Source: Podarcis bocagei (taxonomy: Eukaryota). Taken from it: a stretch of 64,000 nt of DNA. The DNA is taken from NCBI GenBank assembly GCA_964188305.1, contig OZ076900.1; one strand, given 5' to 3'. Below, piece by piece: positions 30,701 through 42,595 of the stretch. Position 1 is the first letter of the stretch. The number at the start of each line of letters is the position of its first letter. The notes under the pieces were generated by a model. It was not told where the DNA came from, ran no database searches, and saw only the letters and a program-made list of their open reading frames with translations. Both the position numbers and the translations under genes were made by a program.

Positions 30701-33700
30701 GAATTAAAATTTGCTCATGCCACACAGATCTTTTTTATTGATAAGAAATATATTGGAAAACAAAAAGAAATAACTCCTAGCAGTGCTGGGTTTATAACAT
30801 AGAACACAACTACTTTATAATATCACAGGATATCCAGAAAGTATAAAACAACACAGCTACATAAGAACATGAATCATTCCCAAAATATAATTATAAACGA
30901 GCTTCGTAGTACCTTAAGTATGTATGCAAACTCCTCGGTATGAGCTTTCTTTTGCTGGGTAATCTTATTTATATTAGGCCTAATTTGAGGCACACTCATT
31001 TTATCAGCAGTGTGGTCTAGTGGTTAAGAGTGTTAGACTTGTAATCAGGTGTCCGTCTCCGCTCCTCCACATGCGGTTTCTGGGTGACCTTGGGCTAGTC
31101 TCACTTCTTTGGAGTCTCTCAGTCTCACAGAGTGTTTGTTGTGGAGGAGGAAGGGAAAGGAGAATGTTAGCCTCTTTGAGACTCCACTTCGGGTAGTAAT
31201 AACGCGAGATACCAAATCCAAACTCTTCTTCTTCTTCTTAACAGCACAGAGAATCCTTTCTCTTTTATGATCTTTCGTATTTGTCAGAGTTGAAAGTCCC
31301 TGTTCCCAACAATATGTCAAGGAGAACTGTAAAAGAATAGTCAAGACTATTCTCCAGCACAATTATGGATCTCAAGTTAGGATTGTCCTCAGTATCACTT
31401 GATGCTCTTGCTTTGAAAAGATATCTTTCCATATCCTGCAACTAAAATAAAATATTTTCCTACTATACTATGCTGCACAACACTGAAATGTTTAGGTGTT
31501 TCTTTGATTGTCCTTTAGTCTACCTAAAGGTAGACTACACCCTTTGAGAACTACTGTCCTAGATTCAATCATTGTCTTCCCCTGTTATCATTCATTATTT
31601 AAATTCATTGCCCACCCTTCACCAGCAGGTCCCAGGACAGCAAGTTAAAATTCAGAATTAAAAACAGTTAAAGCAGATTGGGGTCACAGAAATAGAACAA
31701 GTCCCAAAAATGCACATTTCAGATGTCAAACACCAAGGTAAAGAAGTGTTCAGCACTCACTGAAAACTGTATGGTGAAGAAGCCAAATGCATTTCTCTGC
31801 AGAATAGGCCTGGGTGATTTTGTGATAGATAGTTGAAAACCAGTTTGATGACAACTGGTTCAAAATATTTGCCCTGATGACAAACCTTATGAAGCCAAGC
31901 CAGAATGCTTTTGTCTGTTGTTCTGACGGATTAGCTCTCCCCTGCCTCCTGCAGGGGGCAGCAAACCACAGAGCAGCCGTAGACTGGGAACTTCCTCTGG
32001 CGCCACCACCATAAATTTTGCTTCTAGGCAGGCTGGTAGGTGCTGGGATCGGCATTCTGCCATGGGGTTATTCCGAGTTTAGAAAATAAATAAATAAACC
32101 TTGCACCACTTAAGCCTCTTCTTTCCCAAGTTTCCTGCTACAGTGGTACCTCGGGTTACATACACTTCAGGTTACAGACTCCGCTAACCCAGAAATAGTG
32201 CTTCAGGTTAAGGACTTTGCTTCAGGATGAGAACAGAAATCGTGCTCTGGCGGTGTGGCAGCATTAGCTAAAGTGGTGCTTCAGGTTAAGAACAGTTTCA
32301 GGTTAAGTACGGACCTCCGGAACGAATTAAGTACTTAACCTGAGGTACTACTGTATTTTTCTTTTTCCACACGCCACCCATGTGTGTCTGCTTTCCCTTT
32401 CTCTCTTTCTCTGTGTGCTTGCATGTGTCTCCCCCCCCCTTGTTCTGCCTGCCTGCGTGTGCCTTCAAGGAAGCCCCTACGCCCCACATGAGCTGAAGTG
32501 GTATGGCTCATCTGTAGGGCTGGGCAAGGTATCTCAGCTGCTTCTTCCTTGCCTAAGGTGGGAAGAAGCAGCCAAGATACATTTCAGATATTATTATATA
32601 TTATTATATCACAGTATTTAGCTGCTGGTGCATCACAATGCTGAAAACCAGATATTGCCCAGCCCTATTGGGGAGGAAATTCCACAATTTGGGGGCTGCC
32701 CCAGTTAAAAAAAAGTACCTGGTCTACTGACTCCTCTGAAGGGGATTGCTTGTTTTTATAATAGTATGTAAGCTGTTTTACTATCCCTCCTTTTCTTTTT
32801 TCTTTAATTGTATAATTATGTGTTGTGCCCTGGGACCTTAAAGGCAAAGTGCAGATAAACAGTCTTATAAATAAATAAGCAAGCAAGCAGGCATACATAT
32901 ACTTCTGGAAGCAGAGGCTAGCAGCCCAGTCCTATGCATATTTAGTCTGATACAAGTGCCTCAAGAGTTCAAGCACTTGTAACATTGCAGCCTGAGTGTC
33001 TCATGTCATGCAGTATAGTAAAACGTTGTTTAACTTTTCAGGGTGACTTTGTAGACCGAGGCTATTATAGCCTTGAGACGTTTACCTATCTTCTTGCCCT
33101 AAAAGCAAAATGGCCTGATCGCATCACACTTTTACGTGGGAATCATGAGAGCAGACAGATAACTCAAGTGTATGGATTTTATGGTAAGTTCTCTTCCTAC
33201 CCTACCTTCAGTTTCATAGTTATAATCAACATAAGCGCGTGATGAGTTGGCTTGTCCTCTTAGAAGCTGTAGAACAAGGGTGCTGAGCCTCTGGCTCAGG
33301 GGCTAGATGTGGCCTCCAAGCCTCTTAGGTTTGGACCTTAAGACTCACCCCGGGCCATCCAGCTCACCTTCCCTTCTTCACATCCTTATTGAGCCTTCTT
33401 GCCTGTCCTTTAACACTAACAATAACTCTTGCTTGTCTGGATGGAGGATAGAGAGGGGTGTTAATGTGTGCAGAAACTAGCCTCCTGTACAAAAGTAAAC
33501 AAACGAACAACTCTAATTGCTCCACCTTCTTTTGCCTCTGATTCCACCCATCACTGGCTGTGGCTCCTGCAACTTTGCCAGACGTGAATGTGATCCTTGG
33601 GCTGAAAAAGTCCCTAGCCCTTCCTGTAGAGTTTGGAACATTTTTAGAAGGATTGTGAACAAGGGGTTTGTTGTTAAAAGAAGCATAAGCTTCTGCTTTA

Positions 33701-36700
33701 TAATGTAGGAAGCTGTCCTTAGAATCTTAGAGTGATGCGTAGTGCTAAGATCTAGAAATAGAGATTCTGTGTTAATTTTCCTCACAATATATTTTGAAGT
33801 GCACCAAAGAATCCTGGGAACTGTTGTTTGTTGAGGCTGCTGGGAATTGCTTTTCTGAGGAGTAAACTATAGTTCCCAGGATTCTGGCGGGGACACGACG
33901 GAATGAACAGTGCTTTAAAAATATGTTGTAATATGGACAACTGATTGGACCTGTATCTGCAACTGTGTGTGAAGGAAGAATATGGCTTAATTAGATTTGT
34001 CTAATGGAGTATTGGACTCGAAATGGAGCAGGTTGTTTGTGGGCACGCTGAGTGATGCTGGGCATGCAATTATATTTAATTTACCATATTTTTTGCACCA
34101 TAACACTCACTTTTTTCCTCCTAGAAAGTAAGGGGAAATATCTGTGCGTGTTATGGAGCGAATGCCTGCGGGTGGCAGAGGGGATCTGCTGCAGTCGTGA
34201 GCAGAGGATCCATGGTTCCCCTTCCTTCCCTCCTCCGTGGTTACAAAGCATGGATCCACATGGATCCTCAGGATTTTTGCATTGAGCTACTCCAAACTCA
34301 CTGTCAGATCACATGTCTGTGGCCACAGCATGAACCACAAAAATCATATATCCACTATTTCGTTTAGAATATTTTTTTTCTTGTTTTCCTCCTCTAAAAA
34401 CTACGTGCGTGTTATGGTCTGGTGCATGTTATAGAGCGAAAAATACGGTACTTTTTGAAAAAGACATATCTGTCAAAGTCTCACAATTGATGTAAAAATC
34501 ATGTTCATCTGCTCATTGAGCATTTCTTTCTTCATGATAGATTTAAATGATTACACATTTTTTCAAGTTATTCAAGAAATGTGAACCAGTTAGGATAAAA
34601 CTTTTTAAGTAGTTAAATCTGTTTTATAAGGTTGTTGTGATTATAATGAATTTTGGATGCAACCCAAATTAAATGAGTGATTAGGTGAACAGATAATGCT
34701 GAGTTTTCAGTCAACATGGGAGCTCCTATCTCCGCTGTTGTTCCTACAACCCGTCTAGTTTAGTCTGAGAAATTATGATCACTAAAACATTATTCTCTTC
34801 ACCTCTTTGCCCTGCTTCTTTCTCCAATAGATGAATGCCAAACCAAATATGGTAATGCTAATGCCTGGAGATACTGCACCAAAGTTTTTGACATGCTCAC
34901 AGTAGCAGCGGTAAGGGTTTCTTTTAAGTGAATAACAAGTGACTTTCTGTCTCTGTTTCTCTAATTATACATTTACGAAAGGTTGTTTTTTTTTTTTTAA
35001 TTTCAGGATTGTGGTCCTAATAACATCTTCGCCTTCTGTCTTTTTTCCCTTCAAGTTAATAGATGAGCAAATCCTCTGTGTACATGGGGGCCTGTCTCCA
35101 GACATAAAAACACTGGACCAGATTCGGACTATCGAGCGCAACCAAGAGATCCCACACAAAGGAGCTTTTTGTGACCTTGTTTGGTCTGACCCAGAAGATG
35201 TGGATACCTGGGCCATAAGTCCCCGAGGTGCAGGCTGGCTGTTTGGGGCAAAAGTCACAAATGAGGTAAGAAAACCCAGTTTCCCAACCATGTCTCTGGC
35301 AGTGACTCTGGCCTGCAATCAGAAAGTATTGCCTGAGAAAGAGAAATGATGGGGAGTTTAAGACGGTGTTTGCCTCAGAAAACAGGTTTGCGTTTTGGGA
35401 ACAATTACGTTTTATGATTCTGTTTTTGCTTCACACAACTGTTGCATTTGATATCCTGTTACTTGAACAAGGCAAGTTAAGACTGGGTGTGCCCAGTCCA
35501 TCTTATTCATGTTGCTGGGGGTACAAGTGCTAATAGTACTATTATTTTTATTATATCCCACCTGTTCTCCAAAGAGGTCAAGGTTACTAACATATGTGGT
35601 TCTCCCCCTCCTGATTTAATCCCCACCACAGCCCTATAAAGCGATGCGGGTGGCGCTGTGAGTTAAACCACAGAGCCTAGGACTTGCCGATCAGAAGGTC
35701 AGCAGTTCAAATCCCTGTGACGGGGTGAGCTCCCGTTGCTCAGTCCCTGCTCCTGCCAACCTAGCAGTTCGAAAGCACGTCAAAGTGCAAGTAGATAAAT
35801 AGGTACCACTCCGGTGGGCAGGTAAACGGCGTTTCTGTGCGCTGCTCCGATTCACCAGAAGTGGCTTAGTCATGCTGGCCCCATGACCCGGAAGCTGTAC
35901 GCCGGCTCCTTCGGCCAATAAAGTGAGATGAGTGCCTCATCCCCAGAGTCAGCCATGACTGGACCTAATGGTCAGGGGTCCCTTTACCCTTTACCTTTAC
36001 AGCCCTATGAGGTAGGTTAAGGTGAGAGGCTGAGACCCACCCAAAGGCACCCAGTGAGCTTCATGGCTGAGTGGATATTCAAACTCCCATCTTCTAGGTT
36101 CTTTTCCAACACACTACTATATAGTATAAATCTTGTGCTTGGGGATATTTTATTGGAAAATACGACACTGGTGTAGGATGTCTGGATACAGTAATCAAAA
36201 TGGTTGCACTTCATGTTACTTCATATTGAAAGTGCCTTAGTGCTGTGTCACTGCTGCCTAGTTTGGTTAACATATTCTTAAAGATTGCATTCGGCTTTCA
36301 GGATCACATTTTAAAAGCATCAACTCTTAAGGAGAAACTGAGAGTTTAAGGGGAGAGAACAAGAGAGTATTTGAAAGGAGACTTTAGTATGAGAGAAAGA
36401 ACATCACTGCCTCCTGCTCTGTGTCTTTGTGCTGGGCTTCTGAAGTGTTGCCATGTCTCCTTGTCAGTGGAATAGAATGCGTGTGCGACCGTGCATGTGT
36501 GTGTGTGTGCGCGCGCACTACCTCCAACATTTTTACTGTAAATATTTTCCTTAACTTCCTTCCTTATTTTTTTGTTTACACCTTAGTTTGTCCATATCAA
36601 CAACTTAAAGCTCATCTGCCGAGCCCACCAGCTGGTGCACGAAGGTTATAAATTTATGTTTGATGAGAAGTTGGTGACAGTGTGGTCTGCTCCGAACTAC

Positions 36701-36835
36701 TGCTATCGCTGTGGAAATATTGCCTCAATCATGGTATTTAAAGATGTAAATACAAGGGAACCAAAGCTCTTCCGTGCAGTTCCAGACTCAGAACGTGTGA
36801 TCCCCCCAAGAACAACCACACCGTATTTCCTCTGA
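24519..36835 (+). CDS. PPP6C: Ser/Thr protein phosphatase 6 catalytic subunit, 305 aa, 7 exons
   Basis: Exons 24519-24593, 28332-28427, 30069-30134, 33042-33183, 34831-34910, 35056-35265, 36587-36835 (918 nt). Starts [14 protein letters not shown]; PPP motifs [24 protein letters not shown]; ends TTPYFL. Confidence 0.98.
25333..25625 (+). mobile_element. Sauria SINE, 5'-truncated
   Basis: taggacttgccgatcagaaggtcgg...agcagttc..aagtgcaagtaga...ggggtccctttacct. Confidence 0.88.
26176..26417. mobile_element. Tigger-like MITE
   Basis: TA|CAGTGGTACCTCGGTTTA ... TAAACTGAGATACCACTG|TA. Confidence 0.85.
27438..27600. mobile_element. Truncated Tigger-like MITE
   Basis: One end TA|CAGTCATACCTC; interior matches 40094-40318 and 43476-43714. 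Confidence 0.65.
27893..28032 (+). mobile_element. BovB (RTE) LINE 3' end
   Basis: gatggttggacag..catgagtttgaccaaactgcgggaggcagtggaagacaggagtgcctgg..gtccatggggtcatgaag..tcggacatgact followed by (CAA)n. TSD ACAGTTGTCTA at 27882-27892 and 28033-28043. Confidence 0.85.
28091..28186 (-). mobile_element. Penelope-like element terminal fragment with a degenerate hammerhead motif
   Basis: 10-bp TSD CAATGTACAT at 28081-28090 and 28187-28196. Minus strand reads GTAT-CTGAA-GTGTGCATGCACAC-GAAA-GC-TC-ATAC ... TTAGTTGGTCTTTAAGGTGCTAC. Confidence 0.7.
29665..30020 (-). mobile_element. L1/Tx1-like 3' fragment
   Basis: Minus-strand ..[14 protein letters not shown].. followed by a purine-rich 3'UTR and A-rich tail; resembles 38760-39115. 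Confidence 0.45.
31007..31240 (+). mobile_element. Squam3-like tRNA/CORE SINE with a (CTT)n tail
   Basis: A-box tggtctagtgg, CORE-like gtgaccttgggctagtc, tail ctcttcttcttcttctt. Confidence 0.7.
32141..32353. mobile_element. Tigger-like MITE, same family as 20563
   Basis: TA|CAGTGGTACCTCGGGTTA ... TAACCTGAGGTACTACTG|TA. Confidence 0.85.
34084..34448. mobile_element. Tc2-like mariner MITE
   Basis: TA|CCATATTTTTTGCACCATAAC ... GTTATAGAGCGAAAAATACGG|TA. Confidence 0.75.
35638..35998 (+). mobile_element. Full-length Sauria SINE nested in an older CORE-SINE
   Basis: Head gcgggtggcgctgtg..aaaccacagagcc, tail (acctttt)-type repeat; TSD ACAGCCCTAT at 35628-35637 and 35999-36008. Confidence 0.92.
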
Positions 36836-36874
36836 GATGTGGCTTTGCCCTTTTCTTTTGTGACATACCCTTTT

Positions 36875-37007
36875 AGCACTTTGCTGCTGAAATGCTGCCT
36901 CTTGCCTTTTATATACTTAAATTATCTAAATGTGTTGTATATTGTCAATAGGGGTGCATATTTAAATCTCTCTCCCTCCTCTTATCCCTACCTTACCTTT
37001 CTTGCCA
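36875..37007 (+). promoter_or_regulatory. PPP6C: Cluster of miRNA seed matches in the PPP6C 3'UTR
   Basis: AGCACTTT 36875-36882 (miR-17/302 families), TGCTGCT 36882-36888 (miR-15/16), ATGCTGC 36892-36898 (miR-103/107), TCTTGCC 36900-36906 and TCTTGCCA 37000-37007 (miR-31). Confidence 0.55.
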
Positions 37008-37130
37008 GCTTTTGAAACGTCTCTGAGCACCCGCCTACCTACCTACCTGTTTTGTAGTACTTGTGATTTTATTTTTAGTTCACTTCTTTTTTTCCAAAAA
37101 ACATAGGAACATAAATTTTCCCTTTAATGA

Positions 37131-37536
37131 AATAAATCTGAACAGCAAAACATCAGAACTAGCCTGATCTTTCATTCAGGGGGTTGACTATGGGGAGGCT
37201 ATTGTTTTTAATAAGCTCTTTAAAAATTTCAGCAGCAAAGTTGTATTTGGTGTGCATGATGGGACTGTCCGAGCCCTGCTATTGAGTACATTTCCAAGAT
37301 GTAAAAAGAATGTCCTGGTTTATATTTTGCTTTGTCAGCATAAATAAATGGTGTTAATGGCTGCCCCTGATCTCCCTGCACCCGTTGCTTTATTTTTTTA
37401 GGATTTAAACTAAAATGCAAAACCTCGTACAGGTAAATGAATTTGTACAACGAAATAATTGTTCTGATTTTTCTCAGATACTTTGTCTTTTTAATAAAGT
37501 CATAACTCAGTCTCTAGGTTAAGCATTCAAAATAAA
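37131..37536 (+). terminator. PPP6C: Candidate PPP6C poly(A) signals
   Basis: AATAAA at 37131, 37493 and 37531. Confidence 0.5.
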
Positions 37537-37780
37537 GCCCTACATTGTTGATGTGAATTCATGTCTTTTCATTCTCCCCACCCTCTTTTCACAAAGAAAT
37601 TTCATATGTGTGGTTATGGTTTGATTGATAGAATGTTTGGATTCTGCTAATACAGGACTTCCTTTTCCTTAGCTAAATTTCCACATAGCAGCCCCTGATT
37701 TTCAGGTGTGTCAGAGCTATCAGTTGTACAAGGAAGTAAACAACTTTTAATAAGAAAAAGTGATACCTAGGCATTTGTGT

Positions 37781-37905
37781 CCCTAGATGTTTTAAATTAT
37801 ATGGCCCACAGAAGGATCTGACTTGGTTGCTTAATATGTACAGTAGTAATATTATGCAACCAAGTCAGACCCTTCTGTGGGCCATATAATTTAAAACATG
37901 TAGGG
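37781..37905. repeat. Long inverted repeat (57-bp arms, 3 mismatches, 11-nt spacer)
   Basis: CCCTAGATGTTTTAAATTATATGGCCCACAGAAGGATCTGACTTGGTTGCTTAATAT ... ATATTATGCAACCAAGTCAGACCCTTCTGTGGGCCATATAATTTAAAACATGTAGGG. Confidence 0.92.
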
Positions 37906-38759
37906 GTTATAAAACTGTAAGTTGTGATATAGTTGAATGAGTTGAACTGCTGAAAGGCAATGAGACTTGCACCATGCATGCTTAATACAAGCATTAGATG
38001 CATTAATCTCAGTTCACCTGTCCCATCTAAATGCAGGGCCCTCTTGTCACCTGATGTAAATTACAGCTTTGGAGTGTGGTTAGTACTGTTATCTAGTACA
38101 TAAACTGTTCCCTTGACACTGCCTTTTAATCAGGTATTTCTGATACACTGAAATGTTTGCTTCCAGGCACCAGAATACAACTGGGTTGCTTTCATTTGGA
38201 GAGCTTGTCTAAAACATTTGGTAGAAATACTTGTATGCCGGAGTTTGCTTTTGTTTCAATCGTGTGCTTTTTGCTCTCACTGGAGAATGCCCACACTTTC
38301 GATTTCCAAGTTCCTCCTTGTTAATAGCCCTTTCTGGTATCACATCAGTAGATGTTCAAATTCAACCAAGATACAAATATTCAAGCACAAAGTATAAATA
38401 TTCACTTTATATCGCTTTTACAAATCTTTTTCAAATGACGAAAGTTACCTTAGCTACACCAAATCCACTTATTCTACAAATGTGGTCAAGCTGTTTTTGC
38501 GGATGGACCAACTCCTCTCTCACAAGTCGGTTTTTATGGTTGCCTTGACCACTGCCTCCTATTTATGTGTGTGACCTTTTGCTTCTCTGCTGTACTTCGC
38601 AGCTTGCCTCTCATCAACACTGATGAGCTAATAGCTGTGGAAAATATCTATGACTTCCGCTTAAGTGAACAATTCGGTATATGAGACAGTGATGAGATAT
38701 TGATCCTGGTAACAAGGATGCATTTCTATGTGCTTACAGGACCTATGCATAGCTTCTTT

Positions 38760-39115
38760 TTTAAAATAAATAAATAAATTAAATTTCTTTTTTCTCATTA
38801 CAAATATACTTATAACATACAGTTTACATAACGTCCCTCCCTCCCTTTGGACTTCCCCCAACTTCTATTTCTGATTTATTATCCTCATTATTGTATTCTA
38901 TTTTTTACAAATATCATATTTTTCCTTTTATTACATTATTTGTTCCCTATCCATAAAATTGTGAACGTTTATTTAAGTCCTACCATCAAGTCAATATTCT
39001 TTCTTTGTTTCTGCAAATATAAAGGGTTCCCACTCTTTTTCAAAATCCTTATTGTCCTTTTCCCGAAGTCTGTCTGTCAGCTTTGCCAACTCCACATAAT
39101 ATACATGGCTTCTTA
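38760..39115 (-). mobile_element. L1/Tx1-like ORF2 C-terminus and 3'UTR fragment
   Basis: Minus-strand YYVELAKLTDRLREKDNKDFEKEWEPF, then a purine-rich UTR and A-rich tail. Confidence 0.55.
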
Positions 39116-40093
39116 ATAGTAGAGCCCTGCTCTGCATTGTGGACTGCTGTTTTAATCTTATTCCCTGTGTCAATATATTTTAAAATTTATTTAAAAGCCT
39201 TTCTTTAGCTGCTAAATATTTACATATCTCTTTAAGTGGTATACAAAAATACAACAATAAAACAGTATCCTAAAAACAGATGTATCCAAAGTTAGCTCTC
39301 TTAATCAATGTGGGTTCCTTAATTTCAATGCATCTTAGAATCATAAAATTGTAGAATCAGAATAGAAGGGACCCTGACGGTCATCTAGTCCAACTCTCTG
39401 CAATGCAGGAATCTCCGCTGGATTATACTTGGCAGATCACCATCCAAACTCTTAGAAACCTTTAAGGAAGGAGAGTTCACCACTTCTCATGGGAGTCTGT
39501 TCCACTGTTCATTAGCTCTTACTCTCAGAAAGTTCTTCCTGATGTTCAGTTGAAATCTCCTTTCTTGCAACTTGAATCCATTGGTTCATGCCCTAGACAC
39601 GAGCAGGATAAAACAAGCTTCCTCTATATGACAGTCCTTCAGCTCTTTGAAGGTGGCTATCATATCTCCTCTCAGTTTCCTCTTTACCAGTCAAAACATA
39701 CCCAATTCTCTCATCTATTCCTCTTAAGGTTTGGTTCATCGTCCTTCGCACACGCTCAGATTGTTAATATCCTTTTTTAATTGTGGTTCCCAGAACTGGT
39801 CACAGTACTGCAGGTGTGGTCTGATTTCTGTTGATTGGGACCCTACTGTTGATGCAGCCTAGAATCGCATTAGCTTGATTTGCTGCTGCATCACACTGCT
39901 GACTCATGTTAAACTTGTGGTCTACTAAGACCCCTAGATCCTATTCACAGATACTGCTAGTAAGCCAGGTGTCCTCCATCTTATATTTGTGCTGTTGGTT
40001 CTTCCTGCCTAAGTTTAGAACCTTACATTTGTTCCTATTGAAACTGATTTGTTAATTTGGGCCCAGTTCTCCAGTCTGTTAAGGTTGTTTATA

Positions 40094-40318
40094 CAGTCAT
40101 ACCTCGGGTTACGAACATGATCCGTGCGGGAGGCATGTTTGCAACCCACAGCACCGCATTTGCGAGTGATGTGCTTCTGCGCATGCATGTGATGTCATTT
40201 TGCGCTTCTGCGCAAGCGCCGAAACCTGGAAGTAACCCGTTCCGGTACTTTTGGGTTTGACGTGGTTAGCAACCTGAAAATGCGCAACCCGCAGCATTTG
40301 TAACCCGAGGTATGACAG
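40094..40318. mobile_element. Tigger-like MITE
   Basis: TA|CAGTCATACCTCGGGTTAC ... GTAACCCGAGGTATGACAG|TA. Confidence 0.85.
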
Positions 40319-40582
40319 TAACGATGTTGAAAAAGAATGGGCCCAGGACAGAACCCTGCAGTACCCCATTTAACATTTTTTTCCAGGATGATGAGGAAAT
40401 GTCAGTGAGCATTCTTTGGTTTCCATCAATCAAACAGCTACAAATACACCTAACAGTTACCTTGTACAGTCCACATTTTACCAGCTTCACAAGAATATCA
40501 TCGGGGACTTTGTCAAAACACTTACTGAAATCAAGATAAACTATGTTCACAACATCCCCATGAACCACCAAGCTTATAACTA

Positions 40583-40823
40583 CAGTGGACCCTCCAGATA
40601 CGAATTAAATTTGATTCAGGGGTCCGTCCACAACCCGAAAAGTCTGTAGGCAGAGGCACCACTTCTGCACGCAGCATGATTGCTTCTGCACACATGTGCA
40701 GCACGCAGAGCGCTTCTGCGCATGTGTGCAGAGTGAAACCCGGAAGTATACACTTCCAGTTTTGCCATGTTCATAACCCGAAAATTACGTATCCAGAGCG
40801 GTACGGAACTAGAGGGTCCACTG
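40583..40823. mobile_element. Tigger-like MITE
   Basis: TA|CAGTGGACCCTC ... GAGGGTCCACTG|TA. Confidence 0.85.
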
Positions 40824-40927
40824 TATATATATAAAACAGATTTGTATTGCATGAGTTGTTTTGAGAAACTCATGCTGGGTCTTAGTAATCACAGCATCCT
40901 TTTCTAGGTGCTCACAGATTGACCATA

Positions 40928-41146
40928 CAGTCATACCTCCACGAACGTCCACCCCCTCGATCATCCATTTCAGCGGACATCTGAGGCAAACCCAGAAGTA
41001 CTGGAATGGGTTACTTCTGGGTTTGCCATTTTGCGCATGTGCAGAAGCGCTAAACCGATACACACGCAGAGCGACGCTGTCAAGTGTCTCTTGTTCAGCG
41101 TCCGGGGCTCCGGAATAGATCCTGGACACTTGATGAGGTACCACTA
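40928..41146. mobile_element. Tigger-like MITE
   Basis: TA|CAGTCATACCTC ... GAGGTACCACTA. Confidence 0.7.
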
Positions 41147-41310
41147 ATTATCTCTTGTAGGACCTTTCCTGTTATTGACGTCAAGCTGACCGGTTGGCAG
41201 TTACAGTACCTGGGGCTTATTTCTCCCCCTTTTTGAAGATTGAGACAACATTTGCCCTCTAGTCTGCAGGGACCTCACCTGTTGTCCAAGAGTTCTCAAA
41301 GATTATAGAC

Positions 41311-41612
41311 CAGGGATCAGCAACCTTTTTCAGCCAGGGGCCGGTCCAGCATCCCTCAGACATGTGGTGGGCTGGACTATATGGGGGGGGGGGGAAATGA
41401 ACGAATTCCTATGCCCCACAAATAACCCAGAGATTTAAATAAAAGGACACATTCTAATATTGTAAAAGTACCAGGCAGGCCCCACAAATAACCCAGAGAT
41501 GCATTTTAAATAAAAGGACACATTCTACTCATGTAAAAACACGCTGATTCCCGGACTGTCCACGGGCCAGATTGAGAAGGCGATTGGTTCGCATCTGGCC
41601 CCCAGGCCCCTG
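41311..41612. mobile_element. hAT MITE
   Basis: CAGGG...CCCTG ends, 8-bp TSD TTATAGAC (41303-41310, 41613-41620), internal ~65-bp tandem duplication. Confidence 0.85.
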
Positions 41613-42146
41613 TTATAGACACTGAGATTACATCCGCAAGCTCTTTTAGTACCCTTGGATGCAGCTCCTCAAACCCTGAAGATCGGAATTCATTTAAATT
41701 GGGTGTTCCCTTACCACATTTCCTCCTATATTGGGCTGCAGCTCTCTCCTTGCATTGTTTATTTTTTTATCACCAGGTTGGGCACTGTTTTCCTTTTGGG
41801 TGAAGATGGAGGCAAAGTAAGTGTTGAGTAGTTCCACCTTCTCTCTGTCACCCAAAGAATTTTCCATCTCCACGCAATGGTCCTACTACTTGCTGCTTCT
41901 ACTTAGTTGGATATAAACAATATTATGAAAACAGAAATTCAGTAATAAGAGTGAGCTTATGGTTCAAGGAAAGCCTGTGCATATAGAATATAGAATAAAA
42001 TATGTTGGCGTTTGGGGTAGGTTGGAGTACTTTCTGGGGCTTTCTGAATTGAAGTCAATTACTAACTTCCATTTTCACTTGTACAATACTGCAAATGATT
42101 TATGTTGCTGTATATCTGCTGTGACGCTTGTAATGTCCTTTATAAT

Positions 42147-42595
42147 TGTGGTGTTCGTACGGAGCCCCCGGTCATCTCACGGACTGTTGACCCGTACGCT
42201 ACTAATCCGCTGCCACCAACCAGGTCCTCCCTGGTAAAATCACTTCAGTCTCAGTCAGCTTTTCAATTAATAAAGAAGTGTGTAGTTTATTGCAAACACA
42301 AATAAACTTTAACTGCATTCAAATGTTGTTACTCTTTACCTTCTTAGTCTTATTTTATCCTGTCTCTAACTCTTCTACCTCCCCTCACACAAGAACCAAC
42401 TGCGCTGTCTCTCTATTTCCAACTGTCTGCCAACTGCTTTCCCAACTGCCTTTCCCAACCAACCAAAACTAACCCAAACCTCAGGCTGAGCCCTTTTATA
42501 AGCAGGTAGGCTCCGCCTCTGGCTTTTCTATTGGTCTACCTGTTAACCCTCTCTCTCTCTATACAGACATTTTCAAACAAACGGGCAAAGCCACA
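42147..42595 (-). mobile_element. Solo LTR, 449 bp
   Basis: TGTGG...CCACA ends, 5-bp TSD ATAAT (42142-42146, 42596-42600). Minus-strand CCAAT (42530-42534), GC box, TATAAA (42495-42500) and AATAAA (42286-42291) in U3-R-U5 order. Confidence 0.8.

Larger units (their letters stand above)
39335..41880 (-). mobile_element. CR1 LINE 3' portion interrupted by four MITEs
   Basis: CR1-type tail (agaatcat) at about 39337. RT motifs VNIVYLDFSKCFDKVP and GVLQGSVLGPFFFNI (ORF 40266-40571), HLEKDAVITKTQHEF. Confidence 0.85.
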
